A DNA stretch of 64,000 nt from Azolla caroliniana. Taxonomy: Eukaryota > Plantae > Polypodiophyta. Every line of letters begins with the position of its first letter. Position 1 is the stretch's first letter. The notes beneath the pieces were generated by a model. The model was not told the origin of the DNA, made no database searches, and was given only the letters and a program-made list of their open reading frames with translations. Below, piece by piece: positions 12,446 through 25,265 of this stretch. The DNA lies in assembly GCA_043228905.1 (NCBI GenBank), contig JBHGNT010000018.1:558001-622000 (forward strand), given 5' to 3'. The position numbers were made by a program, and so were the translations under genes.

Positions 12446-14947
12446 TATTTTGTATCCATTCTTATTCTACTTTAATACATTCATTCTTCTCTTATCATTT
12501 CATTCCTCTTATTGTGATCTCTTTATATCTTTCTTCTATCACTTTACCTTCTCTCTTGGTGGATCGGACCCCATGGTGGCTCTTTTCCTGGTTGTAGATC
12601 AATGGGACAATCGTATAGCCGATGCTTTGGAAGTACACTAGCTTTGACTTGTTCGAAGACATCAACATATTCTTGGTACTTTTTAGGAATGTAGACCTCT
12701 AACGTCCCTTGCGTGTCACTAGAAGGTGCAACTGATATGGCAAATAAGAATAAATATTCTTTTGCTCTTTCTTAGCATAATTGTTCTAGGGTGATGGTTA
12801 AAATTTGATGAAGAGGTACAACATGTTTGGTAGAGGGTGAATTGGTAACACTATGTTTTTCAAGGGGAGGATCCTAGGTTCGACCCTTGACTACTAAGTT
12901 TTCTTTTGAATGGCACCTAATTTCTCGTCGTCTCCAATCAATTCTTGGGTTGTGTAACTCGAACCATGGCAAACCAAGGACTATTATATTATATTATATA
13001 TACATTATGCATGAGAAGTAACGAATAAGATAGCTAGTACGTCTTCATAACCATTACTTCTTTAATGTTCCTCTTGTAAGTCGTAAATATTGTTTTGTCT
13101 TTATATCCTCATAACTCGATGAGACTTTGTCGTGATCTTTAACAAACTAAATGGAAGGCTAGGGCCACCTAGTGGAGCTCGCATTATTTTCCTTGGGACA
13201 TGACCAAATTATTTGCTCCTCTTAAGACCTTTGGAACCAGATCTCCATTTTATTTGTCTTGTGCTTTATGCTTGCAACTACACATACTTTGCTAATAATA
13301 CCACATATCTTATATATCCATAAGGGATTGCATCTCAACGGATCTTCTTCGAATCCTGGTTTTGTGCACATTGAACCATGTTGTTAATAATCTAACCATA
13401 ATTTAGTTTCTTGGTTGCTATTGACTCTTCCAAGAGAGGAGGAGGCTTCACTAGAGTTCACTTAAGTCATAATACACCGGAGAGGAGTGTCATCAGTCAT
13501 CTCCATGTGTATTCTAAAATCTTTGGAATCAAGGGCTTTGTGTTTTGAACGATATTGTTAATAATCAATGGCTTTGTGTTTTGCTCTTTAACTATTGGAT
13601 GAAGGTGGATTAATATTTCACTTAAGTCATGATCCACAAGGCGTTAGTGGTTAACGATAACTATATCATGACCTCGGTCACGAGATAGAATACTAACCAA
13701 TAGGAACACATGTGCAAATTCCCCTTGTGCGTTCACACTCTTGTCTATGTGTGATATGTCTTACTGAAGTTCTTATTGATGAAAAGGTGTTGTCGCTTCA
13801 ATCCAATAGGAATCCCATGCTAGCATTATTGATGCTTCATATGTTGGACTTTCATTTATCATTTTCACTAGGATTGGCTCCTTTTCAATCTTCAATATTG
13901 TCATGATGTGGGGAACACATATGAGGAAACACAAGCTCTATTTAAAAATGAAAAGAAGGGTTAGCTAAATTGGTAAGATCTTGTATTTATGTATTCGCAC
14001 AATAGTTAAGTTGCAATGTGTTTATCGAGGCCCTCGACCACCACCCCATGGACATTCACTCACTTATCAAGATTACTTCTTTTATTTGCGGTCTACTTAC
14101 AAGTTTAGGGTTTTTGGTTGTAGGGATTCCATCTCTTTTCCATGTGGCCTTTCAGGTTTGATAGATCCTACTCAAGTTAGCGTTGGAAGGTGAGGTACTA
14201 TCACTTGAATAGGAAACAAAACTTACAATCAAATGACCCAAGCTACGGGTTTTGACTCCATTAAATCCTTAGCCCCTCTACCAAGATTTCCAAGGTCACG
14301 GCTGTTATACTGGCCCCTATATCTACAAAACCAAGCAGAAAAGGTCTCAACTTTAAGCCAATCTACATTGTGGTTATCTTCATCACAACATTCCATATCT
14401 AGGATGGTACATTACATCTATTACAGTGAGTGAGTGGATTTACTAGATCGTGTACCTAACCATTTGCACATATCTTTATTGTACTCCCAATTGATATCTA
14501 CATTACATACCAATAGGTCTAGCACATCAAACTATGCAATTGATTAGTCATCCATGAGGAAGATGCCCTCTTGCTCGTGAAATTTTTTAATATAGACCAG
14601 TGTTGGGCAAAGTCTCTAGCCCCTACCGGAAACTTTCCTACTTCTCATGAACCTAACTGGAACTTTAAAATTTTGGCCGGCCACGTTCCTACCATCGATA
14701 ATGTCAACCGGAACATGTTGAAATGTTTTTTTGGCCGCATACCAAAAAATAATAATCTAGCGCAATACCAAATCAAATCAATAACAAAAATTTGGATCCC
14801 AAAAACTAAAGATATATATTTAACTAAAATAAATTCTAACATTATAAACAGATTTCACTTTTCAAACATTTGTAAAGTAGCATTAACAACATATTAGATC
14901 TAATATATAGAAAGTTCCAAAACAAAATCGATCAAATTTACAAAGTT

Positions 14948-15240
14948 TTAATCTATATCTTCTATGAAGTCCTCGATGTCATTATCATGGTCGTGAGAAG
15001 TTCCTGTAAAAATATGACGATATGCCTTGCTTTCTCGCCACAACAAAATGCTGGCACTAAAGTCATGTTCTTCTAGTTCAGGTTCTTCACTAGAGATTCG
15101 TATCAATGCATCAACTGCATTGTTTCTTAGCCTATTTCTAAACTTATTTTTTATTAGATTTAGGCGACTAAAGCCTCTCTTATATGTTGTTGTAGAAGAA
15201 CATTGAATTAACCCTATCAATGAAAGCTTTAGAAGTTTAA
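14948..15240 (-). pseudogene. hAT transposase C-terminal dimerisation-domain remnant
   Basis: CSSTTTYKRGFSRLNLIKNKFRNRL...DALIRIS resembles the hAT dimerisation motif (ERxFSxLxxIKxxxRNRL). Confidence 0.75.
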
Positions 15241-16408
15241 GATACCTGTGATATTTGAAGATTACGAGGCAATAAGGATAGAGTTTCCACTATAAATCTT
15301 CCAATCTATCAAAAAATAAATAAGAAAGAGGATGGCTCACATTAGCTTACACATACATGCAAATCCATGTATGTAATGTGAAAGACATTGAGGGAACAAA
15401 TATATTTCAAACCATATTGAAGGAAAGGATAAAGACAAAAAAGATAGTGTATATATTAAAACAAGAGGACAATACAAATGCAATTAAATGAACATTTTGT
15501 CATGAACAATTGATCAATCAAACACTCTTGATAGTGTCATTAAAGATAAATGTCCTTGCTACAAATTTTGAAAACAGAGAAAATAGATTAAAAAAAAGAG
15601 AGAAAATAGAGAGAACTCATAAACAGAGAAAGACAAACATACGTACTAGAGTGGTAGAGTGGCAACAAGCATGCAGGGATGAGCAATCGGCAACGAGCGA
15701 GCAAGGATGAGAAATCGGCAACGAGTGATTAGGGAGTAGCAACCAACAACGAGCTGCAAATTTTATGTGAAGTGAAAATCGAAGCGTATAACTGAATCAA
15801 AATACAGAAAGTTTTTAACTTAAACCTAAGAATGTTTCCTTCCATTTTTTACTTTGAGGGAGAAAACAAGAATGATTTCCCGTATATCAAACACAATCTG
15901 ATCAAGAAATCACCTTTATAAAAGGAAAGAGCAAAACACAAACCAAAAACCTAAAGAAAAGAAACAGAAAAAATGAAAATGCAAAATACAAACAAATGAA
16001 ACAACTTGAACCGATTTTATAAAAACTTAAGTTGGTTATTCCCAGTATCTCCTTTTGTGACATATAAAAAAGAAAAAACCTAAAATGGGAAACACAAAGA
16101 AATGTGAAATACAGCACAACACAAAAACCCCAATGTGAAGCAACAGGAAACCATACCCTCCCCCCCCAAAAAAACCCTACCTTTAGATGGTTTGTGGCTT
16201 TGTTTTCAAAGCTTTTACTTAGAAATCGGCCAAGTTTCCTTTTTGTATATGAGATGATAAGGAAGTGACAAGAATTTGGTATGCAATTGATTTACTTTGT
16301 GTGAGATTTTGTTCCCTTCTTTCTATGAGTAGGATTGATTACACAATGTTATTTAGTATTGGTTTCTTATTGAAATGGAACTTGTGTTGATTCTTCTCAT
16401 GTGTGCAG

Positions 16409-16675
16409 TGCACAGTCGAGAGCAGATGTTTTAGCAGTTGTATTGTCAGCAACGATAGTACTAACGGGATTAGTATGGATCTCAGTCAAACACAAACCAC
16501 TCGTACCTGTAAGTATCCCTTTCATTTCAACATAAAATTGTTAAGAAACTTTTGTTAAAGTTTTAAGTATCAATTCTTTTGAATCCAAATGATGATGATA
16601 GGTAGAGCTAAATGGAATCCAATGCACATGGATGGACAACTCTTTGCCTCCCTCTGTTGCATTAGAAGTCATGTG
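16409..16675 (+). pseudogene. CCB4: Two captured exons (16409-16508, 16602-16675) of a CCB4-like gene (cytochrome b6 heme ci assembly)
   Basis: AG/GT-bounded exons splice in frame to AQSRADVLAVVLSATIVLTGLVWISVKHKPLVP-VELNGIQCTWMDNSLPPSVALEVMW, similar to the plant CCB4 QSRADLL...LTGLVWLSIRPK region as I recall it. Confidence 0.7.
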
Positions 16676-17229
16676 GTACGATGGATAAACCTCTTCTAGT
16701 TTGATAGTTTATCTTTGTCTACACAAAAGTCCCATTTGAGTATAATTTACACACTGAATATTAGGTTTGTTCAAGCTTCAAATAAACAAAGTGAAATCAT
16801 TAACATGATTACATCTCATAAATGCACATATCTTAAAACAATTTTAGAGTTCTTTTTGTTCTAAGCCCATCAGAACTGGCAAGAATAGGCAGCTAGTTGG
16901 AGGCCATTAGCTTGTCAATGTGTAAGTTTTATTGGTAGCCAAAGCTTAACAACCTGGTTGTCATGATGGTGCTCAGACGAAAGAACATAAGCTTATTTGA
17001 AAGAAGATGAAGAAAGATGGGACTTTTAGGTTAAAAAAAGAACACGTGAAAAGAACGAGAGAACGGGATACATAGAAACGAAATGATGCACAATGCAGTT
17101 TAAAGAGGCTCCATGAATTTAATGCTTTAAAGGAAACGGGATCGAGGACGAACAAAAACAGGTATACAATGACATACATTGGTTTGAAGCGATCCGTGAG
17201 CGTGCGTATGAAACAAGAGCAGGAAATAA

Positions 17230-17232
<3 letters not shown>

Positions 17233-17295
<63 letters not shown>

Positions 17296-17303
17296 AGAGA
17301 GAG
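17233..17303. repeat. (GA)n microsatellite
   Basis: Direct observation. Confidence 0.95.
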
Positions 17304-18943
17304 AAGGATTCTCTGTGTACTGACCTTGACGTTGACTTGTGTGTCGGGAGGGGTGAAGACGATGGTACTGCAGAAGAGGGAAGAGCTGGAAATCGCGAGG
17401 GGCAATCAACAACGGGGGAGCAGGGAGGAGCAATCAACAACAAGCGAGCAGGGAGGCACAATCGACAACGAGCAAGCAGAGAGGATCAATCAGCAACAAG
17501 TGAGCAAGGAGGAGCAATGGCAACGAGCAAGCGGCAAGGAGCCAAGCAAGGAAGAAGGAAGGCGACACGAAGAAGAAAGAATGGAGCAGCGCTACCCTTA
17601 GAATGGAACAGACAGGGAGCAACGAGCAGCACGAAAAGGGGAAGCAATGAATCATGATTCATGAATAGTGAACAATAAAAAAAATGAAGAATAGGGAAAA
17701 AGAGGGGGAAAAGAAATATTTACATAAATATACAATACCTTTTTCTAATATATATAAATAGCCGACTCATAAAATATGAACCGGCTAGATTCCGGCCAAG
17801 TTTTCCACTTGGCCGGAATCTTGAATGGTGACCGGCAAAAGTCCCAATTCAACCGGAACCTTGACACTGTTCCTGGGACTTTGCCCAACACTGATAAAGC
17901 CTTGAATGTGATAGTTTTAAATTTTCTACCACATAGTTGAGGCTATGTTGTAATCCGTGTATCTCAAACTTTGATCTTTAATCATTGCTTCTAGCATTTG
18001 GATGGATCCATTCGTCATCCTTTGTTTGATCTTTGTACACGACCTCTTATTCAAACTATTTTATTTGAAAGTTTATTATTATGAGAAAATGTAAATAGAC
18101 CTTATTACTAGTGGGTGCAACTTTTGTTCTAATTTTTTATGATGTACTTGGAGAGATTAACACATTGAATATTTAATTTTAAGAGTTGCATCCAGATATT
18201 GCATGAAACCATTGAAACTTTCCATTTGGCATTCCTTGATGATAAGTTGTTATAGATGCATTTCATACTACAAAGTTTTTCTTGAGAAAGGTACATAATA
18301 AATTAAAGTTTTTCTTGAGAAAGGTACAAAGTTATCCTTGAATGTTTATGAGAAAGGCACAATGTGTCCAATGTATAACAATGATGACAATACATAATAT
18401 ACATAAATATATCATGTAGCAACTGCTCATATGATCCATTAATGTTAAAGTTATGTAAGAAGTTTGATTGCAATATTATGTAATTGTAATTGTTTGAAGA
18501 ATGATTTTGGACGTTGCAAATGTCCAAAACACCATGATAAAGATTTGGACAAGTTGGATGCACGCACAAGAGAGTGTTTATAAGTGTTATAAAATTATTT
18601 TAGGAGCGATTCATATACATTGCTTAATCAAAGGAGAAAGACAATATTTTATTTTGCAAATGAGAAGTTGGTTTCGTGATACAACCATGTTCGCCACTTG
18701 AGAAGAGTGTTGTAATTGTGATGAATGGGAGGAGCAAGCTTTTCCATGGATAATGAAACTTTGCCATTATCATCAATTGAATAAAAAAAGAAGGTATTCT
18801 CTGAGAATAATATCAAAAACAAAAACTGAAATGAACAATTCTCTCTTAAAGAAGTAACGTTATTAACATTTATGGGTGTTGGCAAACAAAACAAGGCCAA
18901 TTTTGACGTGGTTGTGTGGGGCAAAGGCTTTGAAGCTTGGAAA

Positions 18944-19434
18944 CATAGAACGTAATATTCGTGTTCGTGCAATTATTCAAACGTTTGGAAACGAACACGT
19001 TTGAAAAGGGAAAAATGTGTACTCATTGTTTTTTATTTGTTTCATTTATTGTCATTATAAATTCAGCTCACCCTAGTGGTAAGGAGTCATGCTATTGCTG
19101 TCTATTTCTTGAGTTTGACTCGCAACTTTTTCATCTCTCTCTCTCATTAGTACCATGTTAGTGTTATAATAGTTTTCTTTTGTTTTCTTTTGTTTTCTTT
19201 GCTTTTCTTATTATTAGAACTAAGCACAACCTAGTGGTAAGTTGTTGTGCTACTATTACTTCTGTCTTGGGTTCGATTCCCCACTTTCTCATATCCTCCT
19301 ATTAGTGTCATGTTCCCTTTTTGCCTTTTTCTTTCTTTCTTTCTTATTAGAAATTAGGTCACCCTAATGGTAAGTTCTTATGCTACTACTGCCTATGTCA
19401 TGGCAAATTTTTATGTTAGTGTCATGTTCCTTTT

Positions 19435-19466
<32 letters not shown>

Positions 19467-19901
19467 TGTTATTAGAAATTAGGTCACCCTAGTGGTAAGT
19501 TGTTATGCTACTACTGCCTATGTCATGTTTTCTTCATATTCTCGAATATACGTTTTATGAGTTTTTGAACGTTTGATTATAATTTATAATGACATATTTT
19601 GATTCAATCTCTATAGGTCATACTCATTTTTTTGTAAAGTTCTGAAGTGAGGATGATAAAGATGTCTTGATTCTTAAGAAGCATCCCCAAAGTATGCATG
19701 TGATACAATGCAAATATTGCAACCATACTTATGTTGGTGGTTCACAATGGATTAGAGTCCACTTATTGGGATTGAGAGTGAATCAATATATAATATAGAC
19801 CATAGTCAATCCAATCCAACTTTGAGATGATTTACCATACACGTTTGATTGAATCATTCTCGAATGCGAATGCACGTATGATACGTATGGTTCATTCTAT
19901 G
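18944..19901 (+). mobile_element. hAT-family non-autonomous element with BED zinc-finger remnant
   Basis: Termini CATAGAA...TTCTATG; perfect 8-bp TSD CTTGGAAA; absent from the paralogous promoters (about 22910, 43040); IQCKYCNHTYVGGSQWIRVHL at about 19703-19768. Confidence 0.85.
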
Positions 19902-21011
19902 CTTGGAAATATAAGAAGAATACATACGAGTTGGACCACTGATGACAACATAATGTAATTATTTTTAAAGGAATATGCCAAGGCATGTAAAAAAAATCAT
20001 CACTCTATAATAATATATGGTTTCTGAAGTCAATTCTTATAGTTCCAAGGAAGATTACATTATCTTTATTTAATGATTGGGCCACTCTTAGTTATGTATA
20101 TTTATATTCTCAAGAGTTTTAATGATTAAGCACGAGAAGGGACTCCATTGTCCATTGTACTGTTCAATCACGAGACCTCATTACTAGTGGGTACAACTTT
20201 CGTTCTGTTCTTTTACAATATGCTTGCAGAGATTAACATGTTGAATAGTAAAATTTAAGAGTTGCATCTAGATATTTCTAATATTGGAAAACCTCTCAAA
20301 TCAAACTTGAAGCTTTCCATTTGGCATTCCTTGATGATACATTTGTTATAGATGCATTTCATTCTAAAAATTTCATGAGAAAGGTACATAATGCAAACAT
20401 ATGTATTAGTTTTGTGGATATTAAAGGCACAATGGGATCCAATGTATAAAGGTGAGGAAGATCATATACAAGAAATATATCCCATAGCATCTACACATAT
20501 GATCCTGATTGATGTTTGGCTACATTATGAAATTGTTCGAAGACTGATTTTGATATAGTTGATGCCCGCAAATTTCCAAAATACTATAATAAAGATTTGT
20601 CCAAACATCTATATTTCAAGTGATTAAGCAAGTGATTAAGCATATTTGTTTAAGTCTTCACCTCTTGAGTGATGATAATGTATTAAGTTTAGAGTTTTCT
20701 TGCTCATTTATTGATATTCACTAGTAGAGTTACGAGAGGATTGAAACATACTCCTCATCTCGAAAACAAAAGAATAAATGTCGTCCTTGCACTATAGATC
20801 TTGGTTCTAGCATAGTTAGGTGAAGCTAATTAGAACAAACATTTGTGAAGTCCTAACCTAAACTTCCCCACACTAGTTAGGTTGCAATGTGTTTATCGAG
20901 GCCCATAGCCACTACCCCATGGACATCCATTGACACATCCAGATTACTTCTTTTTTATGTGGCCTTTTATGCTCAATTGTTATACCTTCTACCATTGTGC
21001 CCAATTGCCTT

Positions 21012-21280
21012 TAGCAATCGGCAACAATTCGGTTTTAGTCGAACCGAACTTTGAAACCACGGCGTAACAGTTTAAATGGTTCGGTTTGATTCAAGTTCAA
21101 GTTTTTTTAATAGTTCGGATTTAGTTCAGTTTAAACGGTTTCGGGTTGCCACTCGATTATTTTAAAAATACTTTTTCAACAACCTTTTCATTTTTAAGTC
21201 TCATTCTAACATTTTAGGAAAAACTTTTATATTTTGAAATTTGAAATTTTAAAATATTAAAAAATATAAAATCTTAAATT
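21012..21280. mobile_element. Truncated hAT-type MITE (AACCG-rich), same site as 34667
   Basis: Starts TAGCAATCGGCAAC after ATTGCCTT; same flank as the 34667 copy; right end deleted. Confidence 0.65.
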
Positions 21281-21605
21281 GACTAGATCAAATCCGACTA
21301 ATAAAATGGCATAACATAAGGGGCTTTGACTCCATCAATTACATACTACATTTGATGGAGTATACTAGCCCCTATATCTACAAACCAAACTCCTTATGCT
21401 TATTTAGTTTGCACAAAAGGTATACACCACTTATATTGAAGTCTCAATTTTAAGGCAATCTATTGTGTGGTTATCTTCATTAGAACATTTCATATCAACA
21501 TGGGACAATACATCCATTATAGCGAGTGATTGGATTCACTAGATTGTGTGCCTAGCAATTTGCTCATATCTTTGTTGTACTCCCAATTTGATATCTAGAT
21601 TCTAC

Positions 21606-22111
21606 TAACATTTGGCAACGGTGCGGTTGAATTGAATAGAACTGTGAAACCATATCTTAACGGTCTAAACGGCTCTGTTGGGTTTAAGTTCAAGTTTTTT
21701 TAAATGGTTCAATTTCGGTTTGATTCAGTTTCAACAAATAGAAACCGTGGTTTAAATGGTTTAACGGATTTTTATTTTTAAAATAAAAATTTATTTTTAG
21801 AAAGTTTTTAAAAAAAATGAAAGAATCTTTCTATTTTTAAGATTTGTTCTCACATTTTAGGAAAATCTTTACAATTTTAAAATTTTAAAATTTAAAATGA
21901 TGAAATATTTTCAATTTTTAAATTTAAAATTTGAAAGATGCAAACCAAAACTGAACCACGAAACCGCAGTTTTAACAATTTAATGGTTTATCATTTGGGA
22001 ATTTTTTTAATGGTTCGGTTTAATGGTTTCATGGTTCGATTCGGTTCAAGTTTCAAAAAAATTTAACGGTTTGGTTTTCATAGTCTCGAACCAAACCATT
22101 GCCAATTGTTA
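21606..22111. mobile_element. hAT-type MITE
   Basis: TIRs TAACATTTGGCAACGG / CCATTGCCAATTGTTA; 8-bp flanks GATTCTAC/GATTCTAG; absent from the paralogue at about 41945. Confidence 0.75.
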
Positions 22112-23282
22112 GATTCTAGATTACACACCAATAGCTTAAATTTTTTTAGTGCAAAACTAAATGAGATAGTTTTGAATTTTCTACCACATAGTTGAGGCTA
22201 TACTTTAACCTGCATATCTCAAGCTTTTTGAGCTTTAATCATTGCTTCCAGCATTTGGATGGATCCATCCGTCATCCTTTATTTGGTGGTTGTACACGAC
22301 ATCTTTATACACATCCATCAGGTCTAATGTATGTATGTGATGAAGATCATATACAAGAAATATCTCACATAGCAACCACTCATATGATCTATTGACGTTA
22401 AACTCATGTAAGAAAACTCATTGTTGTATAATGCAGTTGTTTGAAGAATGATTTTGACATATTTGAAGCTAGAAATGCCCAAAATACTATGATAAATAGC
22501 TGGAAAAGTTATATGCATGCACAAAAGTGCTATAGGTGCTATAAATTATTTTGGGAACGATTCATATGCATTGCTTAAACAAAGAATAAAGTCAAGAGAA
22601 AGACAATCTTTTATTTTAGAGAAGAGAAGTTGGTTCACGATACAGCCATGCATGCACATGTCTTGGGGAGATTGTTGTATTTCTAATGAATGGGAGGAAC
22701 AAGTTTTCCCATGGATAATGAAACTTTGCCACTATGATCATCAATTGGATGTGAAAAGAAGATATTCTCCAACGAATAATATCAAAAACAAAAATTGAAA
22801 GGAACAATTCTCTCTTAAAGGAGTATCCTTATTAACATTTGTGGGCATTGGCACAGAAAACAATGCCAAATTTGAAGGGGTCATGTGGCGCGAAAGCTTT
22901 GAAGCTTGGAACTATAAGAATAATACATATGAGTTGGATCATTGATGACAACATAATGTAGTTAATTTAGGAATATGCGAAGACAGATGTGTAAAAAAAA
23001 CCAACTTTATATAATAATATAAGACTTGTGAAATCAACTCTTTCGTTCCTATGGTTCCATTCTTAGTTATATTTAACTATATGCTCAAGAGTTTATCGAG
23101 TCAAAGTATGAGACAGGACTCCCTTGTATTATTGAATCACGAGGTTTCCACCTTTTCCGTATGGCTCAAAAATGAGAATGTCAACACGGGGCATCCATAT
23201 TGGCTGGCCCCACATCAACCCGCTTGTCCATGAGAGGACTTAGCAAGGTTTGACATTGATCTATTACAAAGACACTACACGT

Positions 23283-23289
23283 TATAAAA
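23283..23289 (+). promoter_or_regulatory. Putative TATA box of metacaspase A
   Basis: TATAAAA about 125 bp upstream of the ATG, conserved at 43500-43506 in the paralogue and followed by a GA-rich leader. Confidence 0.45.
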
Positions 23290-23409
23290 TCTAACTAGTG
23301 GAAAGATGGTGAGATAACTTAAGACCTAACCTTGACAACCACAAAGAGAGAGTGAGAGTGCGAGAGAGAGAGAGTGAGAGAGTGCGAGAGACATAATTAT
23401 ACAGACATA

Positions 23410-24852
23410 ATGGCTATTAAGAAGGCTGTCTTAGTGGGCTGTAACTACCCAGGCACGGAATCCGAGCTTCACGGATGTGTCAACGATGTGTGGAACATGC
23501 ACAAGCTCCTAGTAGACAGGTTCGAATTCTTGGAGGACGACATAAAGGTGCTCATCGACACCGACGACAACTACCCTCAACCGACGGGTGCCAATATCCG
23601 CCAAGCCCTCCACGACCTCATTTCCCAGTCGATAGCCGGCGACATCCTCTTCTTCCACTACAGTGGCCATGGTACCCGTCTACCTGCGGAAAACGACGAG
23701 AATGACGAGACGGGCTATGACGAATGCATTGCACCGACAGATCACAATTATATCATTGGTATGTGCCAATATGATTGCATTCATAACAAGAAACTATTGA
23801 TATTGAGTTCCAAGTAGACATGAATCAACATCCATTCTCCCTTGTGGATTATTATCTATGCTTGGCCATAATCTACGAGAATAAGATAGCATTTTTGTTA
23901 ATAACTACGTAGAATCCATGGAGAGACTGATATTACTCTAAACACAAGTAGTATTTGTTAAGGGGTTTAATCATTAGGATAACAACTACATAATGTGGGT
24001 TTTTTCATAGCATCAAATATTTTAAACTTCCTGTGAATCTATTAATGTGTACTATTAATGTGTACAGATGACGAGTTCCGTTCCTTGGTGGATAAGCTTC
24101 CTCCTGATGTCAAACTCACCATAGTCTCGGATTCTTGCCATAGTGGAGGCCTCATTGAGAACACAAAGGAGCAAATAGGAGAAAGCTACCAATCTTCGGG
24201 GGAAGGATATGGAAATGATGAGAATGAGAGTGCATATATAGAAAACACCACCGAGGACTACGGGAGCTATGGCAGAGATGATGTCGAAATAAAGAATAAG
24301 TCCTTGTCATTGGACATTTTGTTGGATATGTTAAGAAAAAAGTCGGGAAAAGATGATGTACGAGTAGGCAACATAAGGTCAACTTTGTTTGACATTTTTG
24401 GGGAGGATTCGAGCTCGAGAGTGAAGAAATTCGTGAGATCTCTCATGGGAGGGGATAATAATGAACAAGGAGGTGATGGGTTTATGGGGTTGGTAGGATC
24501 TCCAACAACAGAATTCGATAACGAGAGATTTGAAGAAGAGCCGAGTGAGGATTATAGTTATATTAGCCAGGAGGATAGTGAGATCGTACGGGGCAGTGAT
24601 ATGGGTATCCTTGTGAGTGGGTGCCAAACTAGCCAAACATCAATTGATATCAACAATGGTGATGGTGGTGATTCTTATGGTGCTCTTAGTAATGCTATCC
24701 AAACTATCATTGGGTTAGCCCCTCCGGATGAACCAATCACCAACCGTCAACTTGTTACACAAGTTCGTGAGCTCCTCGCATCACAAGGCTTCACTCAACA
24801 ACCCGGTCTCTATTGTAGCGATGCAAATGCTAATGCTCCCTTCATTTGCTAG
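23410..24852 (+). CDS. Type II metacaspase (MC-A), apparently intact, 377 aa; exons 23410-23758, 24068-24852
   Basis: [19 protein letters not shown], catalytic HYSGHG and [19 protein letters not shown] linker site, ILVSGCQ, QQPGLYC...APFIC*; GT-AG phase-1 intron keeps the frame. Confidence 0.95.
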
Positions 24853-25265
24853 TTATCTAGGGTGAACTCTCTCTCTCTATTTCTCTTCTTGTTTGAACCT
24901 CAAATAACATGAGTGGTGTGCACTAGTTTCCATATTATTGCTAGTGCTTTATGTGTCACCATTTCATTAAATAAGCTACCAATATCATTGGTAAGGGATT
25001 GTATCTTAATTCGTGGTGTTGTCCTTGTATAGCAACTTGTGTTTCTTATCGACTCTAGATTGAAGGTCGGTTGAATAGATATCTCAAAAATAACAAAATT
25101 CATGCATACAAACCCAAGCCTAAAAGTAGCAAGCCTTTGTTGCTAGTGCTTTATGTGTCACAATATTGTTAATACGCTACCCATATCATTAGTAAGGGAT
25201 TGTATTGTTAATTGGTGTTGTCCTTGTATATCAAGTTGTGTTCTTTATCAACTCTAGATGGTAGG

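Larger units (their letters stand above)
14598..17893 (-). mobile_element. Non-autonomous hAT DNA transposon (Pack-type)
   Basis: 17-bp TIRs CAGTGTTGGGCAAAGTC / GACTTTGCCCAACACTG; 8-bp TSD ATATAGAC/ATAAAGCC (6/8); empty site in the paralogue at about 56505-56512. Confidence 0.9.
12990..18170 (+). repeat. Inverted paralogue of metacaspase flanks at about 60320-56240, with the gene deleted and a hAT element inserted
   Basis: 12990-13212 matches rc 60320-60094; 13216-14597 and 17902-18170 match rc 58185-56240 (one copy of the 136-bp unit). Confidence 0.85.

Noticed and set aside
16973-17657. ORFs with ERERER or SLSLSL runs (also 36418-36626, 45602-45850)
   Set aside because: Translations of (GA)n microsatellites
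19220-19285. tRNA gene
   Set aside because: A/B-box-like motifs are present but I cannot build a cloverleaf; it lies in a degenerate repeat inside a transposon
23374-24067. ORF-track starts at 23374 and 24058 as separate proteins
   Set aside because: They are exon 1 (true ATG 23410) and exon 2 of one spliced gene
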